A DNA stretch of 63,996 nucleotides, the filler included, from Collodictyon triciliatum (lineage: Eukaryota), in NCBI GenBank assembly GCA_043381765.1. It is 17 parts of 17 records of this genome, joined end to end, with 100 filler letters (N's around TTAATTAATTAA, not from the genome) between each part and the next. Parts side by side here need not be neighbours in the genome. Positions count along the whole stretch, not along the records: positions 53,195 to 56,735 come from JBHJMP010007168.1; positions 56,836 to 60,377 come from JBHJMP010007169.1; positions 60,478 to 63,996 come from JBHJMP010007191.1; 14 more parts are not named here. One strand, 5' to 3'. The notes under the pieces were generated by a model. The model did not search any database, was not told the DNA's origin, and worked only from the letters and a program-made list of their open reading frames with translations. Every line of letters begins with the position of its first letter. The first letter of the stretch is position 1. Of the stretch, positions 53,455-63,996 are shown piece by piece. Position numbers and translations under genes: made by a program.

Positions 53455-56440
53455 CTCGTGGTTGCGATGCCAGTATTACTAGCTTTAAACATGCAGCCAG
53501 TTGTAGGCCTGACGATATGATGATATCCAAATTTTTGAACCTTAATGAAAGGAAACATCAAATACAGATAAGAACTACTTTAAGAGAAAAGCGACTGATT
53601 TTTCTCATTTGAAAGCATATCTTTTATAAAAATGTCTCGTAAATTTCATTATCTAATATTTCAATTTTAGTATATTGAGAGCTCTGGAATATACCTGCAT
53701 ATAATCACCGCTTGTGGCCAGAGCCAGGCCGCCACAAAGCTTTAATTGATCAATAAAATCACCAGGTCCCGAACTTTTCTTCTTCTTCCACATGTTAAAT
53801 AAGTCCTTCACTGCCGGTGGCTTTAAAATTGCTGTTCTCCATGCACGTCCTTCGGGATGAACACTGTGTTGATTTTTTTTAATAAGTGTGAATTTTTTTT
53901 CAAGTGATAGATGCTTCAAAATGATATGCTTTTAATGATAAACTTTTGAAAACAATAGAATTGATACATTTACACTACATAAAACGGAGTATTTTTCAAA
54001 AAAAAAATATTACCCGGTCGCACGAATATCAGAGCCCCAATCTACATAAACATCTTCAATACTAGCAGCGTTGAGACGTTCAACTAACAAGTCCTAAAAC
54101 AATATGTAATTATGCAAAATATGACACATTACTTTAGTTATTTCTTTATAAAAAATGCTGATACACTAAAGCCACTAAAATAGAACCAAGAGAAATACAT
54201 ACAACACAGTATCCTTTTGCAATGGCTCCGACATCAATACGCACATCCGAGCTTTTTACTTTTGATATTTTGTTTCCTTCAACCAGAATATGCTCTTTCC
54301 ATCCGACCTACTTCATAAATCAGTGGGATTCTTATTCTATTACATATTATTAACATCATTAGCCCTTGTTCAATTTAATATTTGATTAAAAATAACCAGT
54401 TTGTTGGCTTCGTGGCGAGCTTCGCTTGTTGGGGGTGCACCCGCATTCAAGCTTTTTTTCCACAAATCAAACACAGGACTGATTGTAGGGTCAAATCTAC
54501 CCTCTGTTATCTCAACAAGAGACTGGGTCATGACCATGAAATCCCGAAGCTGTAAAAGCAAAAGTGACTAAGCTTGATACGCATAAAGCCTATTACTAAA
54601 ATAATTTTGCCATTCTTTTTTTTTTTTAATAGTTATTGATCAAATAATCATCGTTTTATTTATTCACTCGCCTTGTCGGACATTTGCATAGGGATTCCTG
54701 CAGCTGAGTTATTAAAGCGAGATATTTCAGACTCTGAATTCCAAGTATTTATTACTTTATGCACCTCATCGAAAGTTGAGGCTATTATTGGGGAGGCCAC
54801 ATCCAACAGTCGACGCGGGACAATAATCTTTGAGAATCATATATACTTTTAAAATCTTATACGTCGCCTCGCATTAAATGAAGTCAAATATATATAACAA
54901 AATATTGCAAAAGTAGATAAAATGTAGATATCAAGAAGGGATAGACTAAATTGAAATCTCATGATTATGAAAATCACTCGAGAATGTTTCTGCTTCAAAA
55001 GCAAGTTCAATAGCAGCTTGAAATAAGAAACACAAAAAAGGTTGCGACTTACTTTGTAGCCTACTGTCATTTGTATTCCTTCTAGCACGGCAAAAACTGT
55101 CATCCGGTTATCAATCAATAAACTGTCATTTGATGCAGCGCAGCGGGCACGAGCAATTTGAATATCCGATACTTGAACTCCCATGCTTTGGAGATAATTT
55201 ATTGCTTCCATAGTCATAGGTGGCTCTTCATTAGCTATAAATATATTTGATGTTTAAAATACCAATTAAATCAGCTAAATATCAGATAAGATATATACAT
55301 CGATGTACACAAAAATTATGTAGTGAATAAATGATGCCAGTGATGCAAAAATATGTAATCAGGCTCAAACCCTCTTCTTTTGGATTCTGTTTTGGGTCCT
55401 TCTCATCATGAACTAAAGTTGCTTGAGCCTGGTATAATTTTGCTTATTCAAAATAATTCGATAATAAATCATTATTTCATATAGGCCATGAACGAAAGAA
55501 AAATTAAAACGCAAGGCGTGGATAAATCGTACGACAGAATCCGGAGGAGCGTCAGATGCGTTTTCATGTACATGCTCTGCTTTAGATGGCTCTTTACTGA
55601 GAAATGCCATAGGGGACGGGCTCTCGGATTCTTTCAGGCTATCATGACCAACTTTTTCGCCAGCTATTACTTGGGCACCTTCTTGCGATGATGATGGTGA
55701 TAGTGACGTACTCGATACCGCCTTTGATGGACTTTTTAGAGTAGTTTCCGATGAGGGAAGTTCTTGCACTTTAGGTGTGGTTGGAGAGGAATTATGCTGA
55801 CTCGACGAGTCCAGGCTTTTAGACAACTGAGGGATTGAATATTCTGATGGATACACAAAATTATGAAACTGAAATGATTTTAAGACATATTACAATAATC
55901 ATATTTGCTAATACAAGTAACTGCGCAGAAGTTTGAATAAATCAAGAATTTTATTTAACGAAGGAATGTCGACGAGAAAATTGAATCATAAACACTTTTG
56001 AATAATATTATTTACAGTATAAAATATTAAAAAAAAAATAACGTTATTATACTTTCATTCTTCGACCCATTCACAGATATAGCCCCATCAAAATCTTTCT
56101 TAGATGTGAGCTGCCCTGAAGAGTTCTCAATAAAAGCTGTTTCGGACAGAGCAACTACATTAGCATGTGCCTCCACTAAAGGTTGAACTATTTCTGCTGG
56201 GCGCAGCAGAACGCTTTCAATTGTGGCCCCATTTTTGCCAGGTAGAGATGCTTCTTTCAGAAAATAGGCTTCTGATTCTCTCGACACCTGTAGAGCACTT
56301 TCCTCGACATCGACATTCTTAGCTGCGGGGATTATTACTTCTTTATCCGCTTCATGCATCATATGAGCCTTTGGCTTCTGCTGTGTAATGCTGCTAGGCG
56401 CTGTTTTCGGGACGCATAGTCTGCCCAAAGTCACTCCCAT
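53455..56440 (-). CDS. apbE: FAD:protein FMN transferase (ApbE/Ftp family) with long disordered N-terminal extension, multi-exon, probably 3'-partial
   Basis: INTWNSESEISRFN, TEGRFDPTISPVFDLW, IDVGAIAKGYCV|D, VYVDWGSDIRATG, GRAWRTAILKP, ALATSGDY and YHHIVRPTTG. Multiple GT-AG introns. Confidence 0.9.
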
Positions 56441-56643
56441 GCAAGCGTAAAGATATAGCAAGAAGGCGGATTTTCGTCTCAGAGGCTCGTGCAGATGGCG
56501 AAGTGATTACCGTTCCTCTCTGGAGCTACATGATTGGCGTTACAAAGAGAGTTGAAGACATGTACTATTTCATTCCCTTTCATTTTATCACCAGCCCTAC
56601 TATTAGCCTTGTTTTATACTAACTTACTCCCTGCGTTTTTAAA

Positions 56644-56718
<75 letters not shown>

Positions 56719-57061
56719 TAATAAATAATAAATAANNNNNNNNNNNNNNNNNNNNNNNNNNNNNNNNNNNNNNNNNNNNTTAATTAATTAANNNNNNNNN
56801 NNNNNNNNNNNNNNNNNNNNNNNNNNNNNNNNNNNAAAGACAAAGACAAAGACAAAGACAAAGACAAAGACAAAGACAAAGACAAAGACAAAGACAAAGA
56901 CAAAGACAAAGACAAAGACAAAGACAAAACAAAAAAAAACATAACAAAGACAAAGAAAACGAAAACGAAACAATAGAAAAAAGAAGAGAAAAAGAGTAAA
57001 ACAAGAAAAAAAGTCTACAAAACAAAATTGAGGAAAAAAAGAATATATGTCAGGAGTTACA

Positions 57062-60000
57062 TTATATTGGCGTTCAAACTTCTCCGAGATAAACTTAATC
57101 TCCAGGTCGAGCTGGTTATTTGAAGGAGCCGCAAGTGCTTGTGATTCTGGAGCGTGCCGCTGTCCTTTGCCTCTGTCCACAACATTCGGCGATTGTTGCT
57201 GCTTGCTCCCTTCAGACAACTGATTCACAGACCTCTGCAAATCCGTGTACAGACGAGTCAGCCTTTCTACCGACTGGCCCAGATAAGAAGCATCGTGCGA
57301 CTCGTCTTCGACTCTGTATGCAACTTTGCTCGCCACTGTCTGCGGATATGAGCGGGGTTCGGATAGCAATGTTCGTACATCCTGTGACAGCGCATCATGA
57401 TTCACCTTCACAACCTCCATGTCACCCACAATCGCGTTGGTCTTCGCGGTGATTCTGGCCTCCGAATCGGCATGGCCCGCAGCGAGCGAATCCACAAGCC
57501 GGGTGAGCTGTTCGAATCTCTGCTTTGTAACCGAGTCTGCCTTGAGCGACTCAATATCTGCCTGGGCACTTTGGATGCTGTTGAAGAGAATGCTGTTATG
57601 TCTGCTGATATTGATTGTTTCCTTCTCGTGGCCCTCTTTCCACACACGAAATTCCTTGGAATCCATTTTTTGGTCCCGCAAGTCTCGCATGTCAGTTTGG
57701 TATCTTTTTGTGAGGATGTCAAGCTGTTCCTTGGCGAGTCCAATGGTCTCCTGAAGCTGTGAACGGTCCCGGTCGACATCTGCCTTCCACGAAAAGAGTT
57801 CAGAGTATTGCTGCAGATTGGCCTTGGCCATAGTTTCTTTAACCATCTGCAAGTCGTTGGAAAAAGCTACCACCTGGGACCGCAGCTGGGCTGCTGGGCC
57901 CTCGTTCGCCTCACGATGCATGGCCTTCACACTATCACCCAAGGAATCGATTGCCCGCCTCTGCTCCGACAAGCCATTTTCTAGTATTGCTTGACGATTT
58001 CCGATGTGCTCAAGCGTATTTGTGTGCTTCTCGAGTGTTTGGCTGTTCATTTTGCGCTCTTTCTCTATGTCTCGTTTCCATCGGAGCACATCCTGGATTT
58101 GCTGTGTTGTGTTGGACTCGATGGTCTGGATGTTGTTTGACTCGCTGGAGATGCTTTCCTTCATGGCCTGCGATTCCTGCTGCAGCTTTGCGATGATTTC
58201 AGAATGCAGTGAAAATTCTCGGTGTCGAGCCCTCTTCTCGGTGTCCAGCTGTCCTCTCAGGTCATCCACTTTGTTACTGAGTGACGAAACGATACCTGTG
58301 GTTATGACAGTACTCGTGTTGAATTAAGAGAAAAAGAGAAAATAAAATATGAATTTGAGATGAAATGCGAAATTAAAACGTTGAATGAATCACAAATTAA
58401 ATACTAATAATCGTCACGTGCCATACTGATGAGAATAGTAAAGAACTGAACTTAATCCTGTGGGGGAAAAAAATGAATATATTTACCTAACAACCGAGAC
58501 ATTGATATCTCGGACGCATTTGAATTCTCCATACGAGAATCCTGATTGGTAAGCACATCATGATGAACCTCTCCTCCATTTACAGAAGCCTTTGTATAGC
58601 TCGTTTTTTCTTTTCGCGAAGTCGACTCAGTTGCAGACATGACCACAATACTAGCAACACTGTCTGGATTCTCTGTCATTTTTCTGCTCTCGCTGGCATT
58701 GCCATTCATACCTACGTAAATATCATCGGAATCGTTAGCAGCATCTTCCTCGCCGTGGTCAGACGCATCGCGAAACTTTGATGGGGCCCGCTCGATTCGA
58801 AAAAGTTGAGAGGGTCGCCGGCCAGTCTCTGCGATGGACTTTGCCTCGGACACAGGGGCCTCGTCGGGGAACTCAGCCGCAAGCCACGGGTGGCGCTTGA
58901 TTTCGGCCAGAGTGATGCGGGTGTCGGGGTCCGGCTGCAGAATGGCGCGGATGAGATCCTTCACAGACTCGGAGCCGTGGCGAGGCGGATGGTAGCGGCC
59001 GGAGATAATGCGCTGGCAAAGCATGTGCTGGTTGCTCTCATCAAAGGGAAACGAGCCGTTCATGACCGCGTAGAGGATGACGCCGATGGCCCACACGTCC
59101 ACGGCCGGGGTGTACGGCTGCCCAAGCAGCATTTCGGGCGAGTTGTAAGTGGGCGAGCCGCAGATGGTTTTGAGCAGATCCGCGTCGCCTCCGCTTCCCA
59201 GGATGGAGTTGGACAGCCCAAAGTCTGTGATCTTGACGGCGTTGTTTGTGTCGAGGAGGATGTTTTCGAGCTTGAGGTCTCTGTGCACAATCTGGTTGCG
59301 GTGGCAATGATCGACTGCGTCGATGATCTGGTGGATGATAGAGCGCGCTTCGGCCTCGGACAGGAGCGTGCGTTTGATGGTGTAGTCCAAGAGATCTCCG
59401 TTGTGTGCATACTCCAGTACAAGGTAGATGCGCTGGTTCTCCTCCATCACGCCAATCATCTGGATGATGTGACGATGGTGCAGCCTCTTGAGCGCCTCGA
59501 TTTCCCGCTTGATTCGCTCCATCCCGTTCATGGCGTTCACCTTGGATTTGTGGTAAATCTTGATAGCCGCCTCTTGGTTTGTCTGCGTGTGCACTGCGAG
59601 TCGCACCTTGCCAAAGCCTCCTTCTCCAATCAATCGTCCGAGTCGCCACTGCCCAACGATACGTCCTTCTTCCTCACCACTGGATTGCAGCTGATGCTGT
59701 TGCTGTTGTTGCTGTTGTTGCTGTTGGGTTGCTTGAGATTGTGATTGATGCGGTGATGGTGATATTTGCTGGTGGGTTGCTTGAGCTTGAGATTGATGCG
59801 GTGATGGCGATATTTGTGATTGGTGTGGTGATGAATGTGTTTGGTGTGGTGATTGAGGCTGTAATTGGGTGGCGATCTGCGTGTTTGTTGGGCTCGGAGT
59901 AGAAGGGATGGTTGAATGAGGTGATGAGACTGTCATGTGGGAAGCACTGCCTTGATGGGTCTGATGAGTCTGATGAGGCTGATGAGGCTGATGAGTCTGA

Positions 60001-60173
60001 TGAGTCTGATGAGTTTGATGAGTTTGATGAGTTTGATGAGTTTGATGAGTTTGATGAGGCTGTCGATTGGGTACTGCCACATTGGCATTGGAGGGCATCG
60101 ACCCAGCCGGCATGCGCGAGGGAACCGCGTATTGCTGAAACGACGGGCGCGAGTTTGAGTAGTACGGAAACAT
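57062..60173 (-). CDS. CAMKL (AMPK/MARK-related) Ser/Thr kinase with Q/H/S/P-rich N-terminus and long C-terminal coiled coil, 3'-partial (exons about 60173-58487 and 58295-57062)
   Basis: IGEGGFGKV, AAIK, HRDLKLENILLD, DFGLSN, LKTICGSPTYNSPE and DVWAIGVILY. An in-phase intron joins a coiled-coil exon of about 410 aa. Confidence 0.92.
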
Positions 60174-60324
60174 GTGGAGGTGCCCTATACTTTGTCAATA
60201 ATAGAATCCGTCTTGAAGAAAGCCCAATATTAAAAAAAAAACATAAGAAACGAAGAAATATCTATAACAAAACAAATAAAACGAGCCAACATCTCCACCA
60301 TCCTGCACAAAATTGAAAGGAAGA

Positions 60325-60368
<44 letters not shown>

Positions 60369-60477
60369 AAAGAAGAANNNNNNNNNNNNNNNNNNNNNNN
60401 NNNNNNNNNNNNNNNNNNNNNTTAATTAATTAANNNNNNNNNNNNNNNNNNNNNNNNNNNNNNNNNNNNNNNNNNNN

Positions 60478-62530
60478 ATGGGAACATTCGAAGCCCAATT
60501 CCCTGTTTATCGAGCAACGGAGTCTGCATCACACGCAAAGACTGCAAAGGCTCTGCACTATGCCGGAATGTGACGAAGTCTGCCTCACACAAGACCCACG
60601 AAGGCTCTCCGCTATGCCGGAATATGACGAAGTCTGCCTCATACAAGACCCGCAAAGGATGTGCGTTATGCCGGAATGTGACGAAGTCTGCCTCACACAA
60701 GACCCGCAAAGGCTCTCCACTGTGCCCGAATACGACGAAGTCTGCTTTACACAAGACACACAACCCTCGAAGGCTCTCCACTATGCCGGGATGCGACGCA
60801 GTCTGCTCCACACACACTATACGCGAAGGTTCTCCACTATACCGGAATACGACACAGTCTGCTTCACACACGCAAAGAACAGAGGCTCTGCACTATGCCA
60901 GGATGTGACGCTCTCTTCACACACAACCCTCAAAGGCCCTCCACTGTGCCGAATACGACGAAGTCTGCTTTACACAAGACACACAGAGGCCATCCACTAT
61001 GCCGGATTACGACGCAGTTTGCTTCACACAGAACCGCGAAGGCTCTCCAATATGCCGGGATGTGAAGAAATCTGCTTCGCACACACAACCCTCAAAGGCC
61101 ATCCACTATGCCGGAATACGACGCAGTCTGCTTCGCACACAAGACACACAGAGGCTCTCCACTATGCCGAACGTCGACGCAGTCTGCTTCACACAAGACC
61201 CACAAAGGCTCTCCACTATGCCCGAATACGACGAAGTCTGCTTCACAGACACACAACCCGCAAAGGCTCTGTACTATGCTGGGATGAGACGAAGTCTGCT
61301 TCACACACAAGACACACAGAGGCTCTCCATTACGCCCGAATACGACGCAGTCTGCTTCACACACAAGACACACAAAGGATGTGCACTATGCCGGAATACG
61401 ACACAGTCTGCTTCATACACAATCCTCGAAGGCTCTCCACTATGCCGGAATACGACACAGTCTGCTCCACACACAACCCTCAAAAGGCTCTCCACTATGC
61501 CGAACGTCGACGAAGTCTGCTTCACACACAACCCGCGAAGGCTCCACTATGCCAGAATACAACGAAGTCTGCTTCACACACACAAGACCCGCAAAGGATC
61601 TCTATCATGCCCGGAATACGACGAAGTCTGCTTCACACAAGACCCACAAAGGATCTCCACTATGCCGGAATACGACGCAGTCTGCTCCACAAGATACACA
61701 ATCCTCGAAGGCTCTCCACTATGCCGAACGTCGACGAAGTCTGCCTCACCCAACCCCCGAAGGCTCTCCACTATGCCGGAATACGACGCAGCCTGCTTCA
61801 CACACACAAGACCCGCAAAGGATCTCTATCATGCCCGGAATACGACGAAGTCTGCTTCACACAAGACCCACAAAGGATCTCCACTATGCCGGAATACGAC
61901 GCAGCCTGCTTCACACACACAAGACCCACAAAGGATCTCCACTATGCCGGAATACGACGAAGTCTGCTTCACACACCCAAAGTCAGCAAGGCTCTGCATT
62001 ATGCCCGGATACGAAAGCCGTAAGTCTTGTGCAATCAGATATTCTATTTTTTATCTTCGCTTCGACCACCTCGCATTGTATTTGCATATACTTAGTCAAT
62101 GTTTTTTTATTGTAATCCATACAGAATGGTATATTCATGCATGGAGTAAAAAAATTGAATTTTTCTTGTGTAAATGGTATTATGTGTCAGTTATGGGGAA
62201 CATTCGAAGCCCAATTCGCTGATTATTGAGTAACGAATCGTGGACACACACAGACTGCAAGGCTTTCCACTATGCCCGAATACGAAAACCGTAAGTCTTA
62301 AGCAATCAGATATTTTATTTTACACCTATTCGTATTTTGAGCACTTTGTTTTGTACTTGCACATACTTAGTCGATGTTTTTATTATAATTCATATAGAAG
62401 GTTTATTTATGCATAAAGCACAAAAAATGAATTTCCCTTGTCATAATATAGCATTATGTGTCGGGCTATGGGGACATTCGAAGCCCAATTCCCTGCTTAT
62501 TGAGCAACAAAGTCGAATCGCGGACACGAG
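60478..62530 (+). repeat. Outer 275-bp tandem unit (starts 60478, 62193, 62468) containing the minisatellite monomer
   Basis: ATGGG(G)A(A)CATTCGAAGCCCAATT recurs three times. 62021-62192 is homologous to 62291-62467. Confidence 0.85.
60547..62020 (+). repeat. Minisatellite, about 27 units of roughly 51-61 bp (consensus AAGGCTCTCCACTATGCCGGAATACGACGAAGTCTGCTTCACAC-ACAAGACCCGCA)
   Basis: Units counted by eye. Length variation is concentrated in the AC-rich tail. Confidence 0.95.
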
Positions 62531-63319
62531 ACACAACATATTCCCGTCCATGTGCAGACGCGAAGAACTTCAGGTGAGTATCCCATACAGACATTTTTAT
62601 CATTAAGAGAATTTCTTATTTTCTCCATTATCCATTACAACAATTCGAAATACTTNNNNNNNNNNNNNNNNNNNNNNNNNNNNNNNNNNNNNNNNNNNNN
62701 NNNNNNNNNNNNNNNNNNNNNNNNNNNNNNNNNNNNNNNNNNNNNNNNNNNNNNNNNNNNNNNNNNNNNNNNNNNNNNNNNNNNNNNNNNNNNNNNNNNN
62801 NNNNNNNNNNNNNNNNNNNNNNNNNNNNNNNNNNNNNNNNNNNNNNNNNNNNNNNNNNNNNNNNNNNNNNNNNNNNNNNNNNNNNNNNNNNNNNNNNNNN
62901 NNNNNNNNNNNNNNNNNNNNNNNNNNNNNNNNNNNNNNNNNNNNNNNNNNNNNNNNNNNNNNNNNNNNNNNNNNNNNNNNNNNNNNNNNNNNNNNNNNNN
63001 NNNNNNNNNNNNNNNNNNNNNNNNNNNNNNNNNNNNNNNNNNNNNNNNNNNNNNNNNNNNNNNNNNNNNNNNNNNNNNNNNNNNNNNNNNNNNNNNNNNN
63101 NNNNNNNNNNNNNNNNNNNNNNNNNNNNNNNNNNNNNNNNNNNNNNNNNNNNNNNNNNNNNNNNNNNNNNNNNNNNNNNNNNNNNNNNNNNNNNNNNNNN
63201 NNNNNNNNNNNNNNNNNNNNNNNNNNNNNNNNNNNNNNNNNNNNNNNNNNNNNNNNNNNNNNNNNNNNNNNNNNNNNNNNNNNNNNNNNNNNNNNNNNNN
63301 NNNNNNNNNNNNNNNNNNN

Positions 63320-63944
63320 TGGATGCGCTTTTGGAAGAAGTCCGGAAACTCTCTTTCTATCCAATAGCTGATATTGCCACTCTGAAAAGCTCCACAGAAC
63401 TGAATCTCAGTATCAAGAATCTGTCATCTGTGCCGCCTGGTGTTTTTCTGTTGACTGGTCTGAAAGATTTGTATCTTCGTGGCAATCAGTTGTCATCACT
63501 ACCTGCACAAATATCGTGTTTGACTGGTCTCACATGGCTTTCTGTTAATGGAAATCAGCTGTCATCACTACCTGCACAAATATCGTGTTTGACTGGTCTC
63601 AGTGTACTTTATGTTGGTGGCAATCAGCTGTCGTCGCTACCTGCACAAATATCGTGTTTGACTGGTCTCAGTGTTCTTGCTGTTTATAACAATCCGGTAT
63701 GTTTTTATTCATATATTATATTACTATTTATGTTTAAAAGAAAAATGACTGACGACGATACACACAGATGAAGGAGCTTCCAGCACAGATCACAGCACTC
63801 ACAAATCTGAAAGAACTGTATATAAACGCTGGATGCACACAAACCATAAAGAGAGCCCCGCGTGGCATCTCAAATCTCCCCTGCTGGAATAACACAGGAT
63901 ACGGTGACAACAAACACATCCGCGCTCTGCAGCTCTACGACCCC
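63320..63944 (+). CDS. LRR protein, paralog of the 22868 gene (exons to 63696 and 63768-63944), partial
   Basis: ALLEEVRK N-cap, 23-aa LRRs with 69-bp period, identical intron positions and the same ..KRAPRGI..WNNT..LQLYDP cap exon. Confidence 0.9.
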
Positions 63945-63996
63945 GTAAGCACACATCCACCCCCAACCCCCACATACACAACACAGGACACAACTA

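Noticed and set aside
58806-59744. 312-aa plus-strand ORF and other overlapping ORFs
   Set aside because: Antisense or alternative-frame shadows of a GC-rich kinase exon.
59951-60060. Repeated CTGATGAG, the hammerhead ribozyme core
   Set aside because: It is the antisense of HQT/HQP codon repeats in the kinase, with no stem II-GAAA partner.
60547-62020. CRISPR-like repeat-spacer array
   Set aside because: The variable parts are short, related AC-rich tails rather than unique spacers. The repeats are degenerate, there are no cas genes and the host is eukaryotic.
60560-62222. 487, 407 and 244 aa ORFs over the minisatellite
   Set aside because: Unit lengths are often not multiples of three, so each ORF cycles through all three peptide frames. 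Openness follows from a stop-poor monomer.
1-63996. Functional clustering of RAD50, TRIM, LRR, kinase and ApbE genes
   Set aside because: They sit on different concatenated contigs, so adjacency across spacers is artificial.

Overview
Draft assembly of an AT-rich, intron-rich eukaryote. It is a protist with an axoneme, since DNAI7/CASC1 is present, and it uses the standard genetic code. The window is not one locus: it is 17 unplaced pieces, mostly about 3.55 kb, joined by artificial 100-nt N-TTAATTAATTAA-N spacers, so only within-piece neighbourhoods mean anything. Most pieces end in microsatellites. Spliced genes, mostly partial: an RI-like LRR protein, a TRIM-type RING/B-box/B-box/coiled-coil protein ending in four MIB/HERC2 domains, RAD50 (zinc-hook region), the C-terminus of a soluble adenylyl cyclase-like STAND/TPR protein, DNAI7, a divergent GATA finger gene, RBM48, organellar RbfA, COMMD1, an ApbE-type flavin transferase and a CAMKL kinase with a long coiled coil. 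Also present are an intronless O-fucosyltransferase and an alcohol dehydrogenase pseudogene. Two paralogous LRR genes carry 69-bp cassettes with fixed frameworks and variable beta-strand codons; one continues into a degenerate kinase and a SAM-like start. Repeats: 5'-truncated L1/Tx1-like LINE copies (two with 16-17 bp target-site duplications), a five-copy poly(A)-signal-terminated family with only an ORF1-like frame, and a nested 54-61 bp / 275 bp satellite. All calls come from manual translation and motif recognition; no searches were run.
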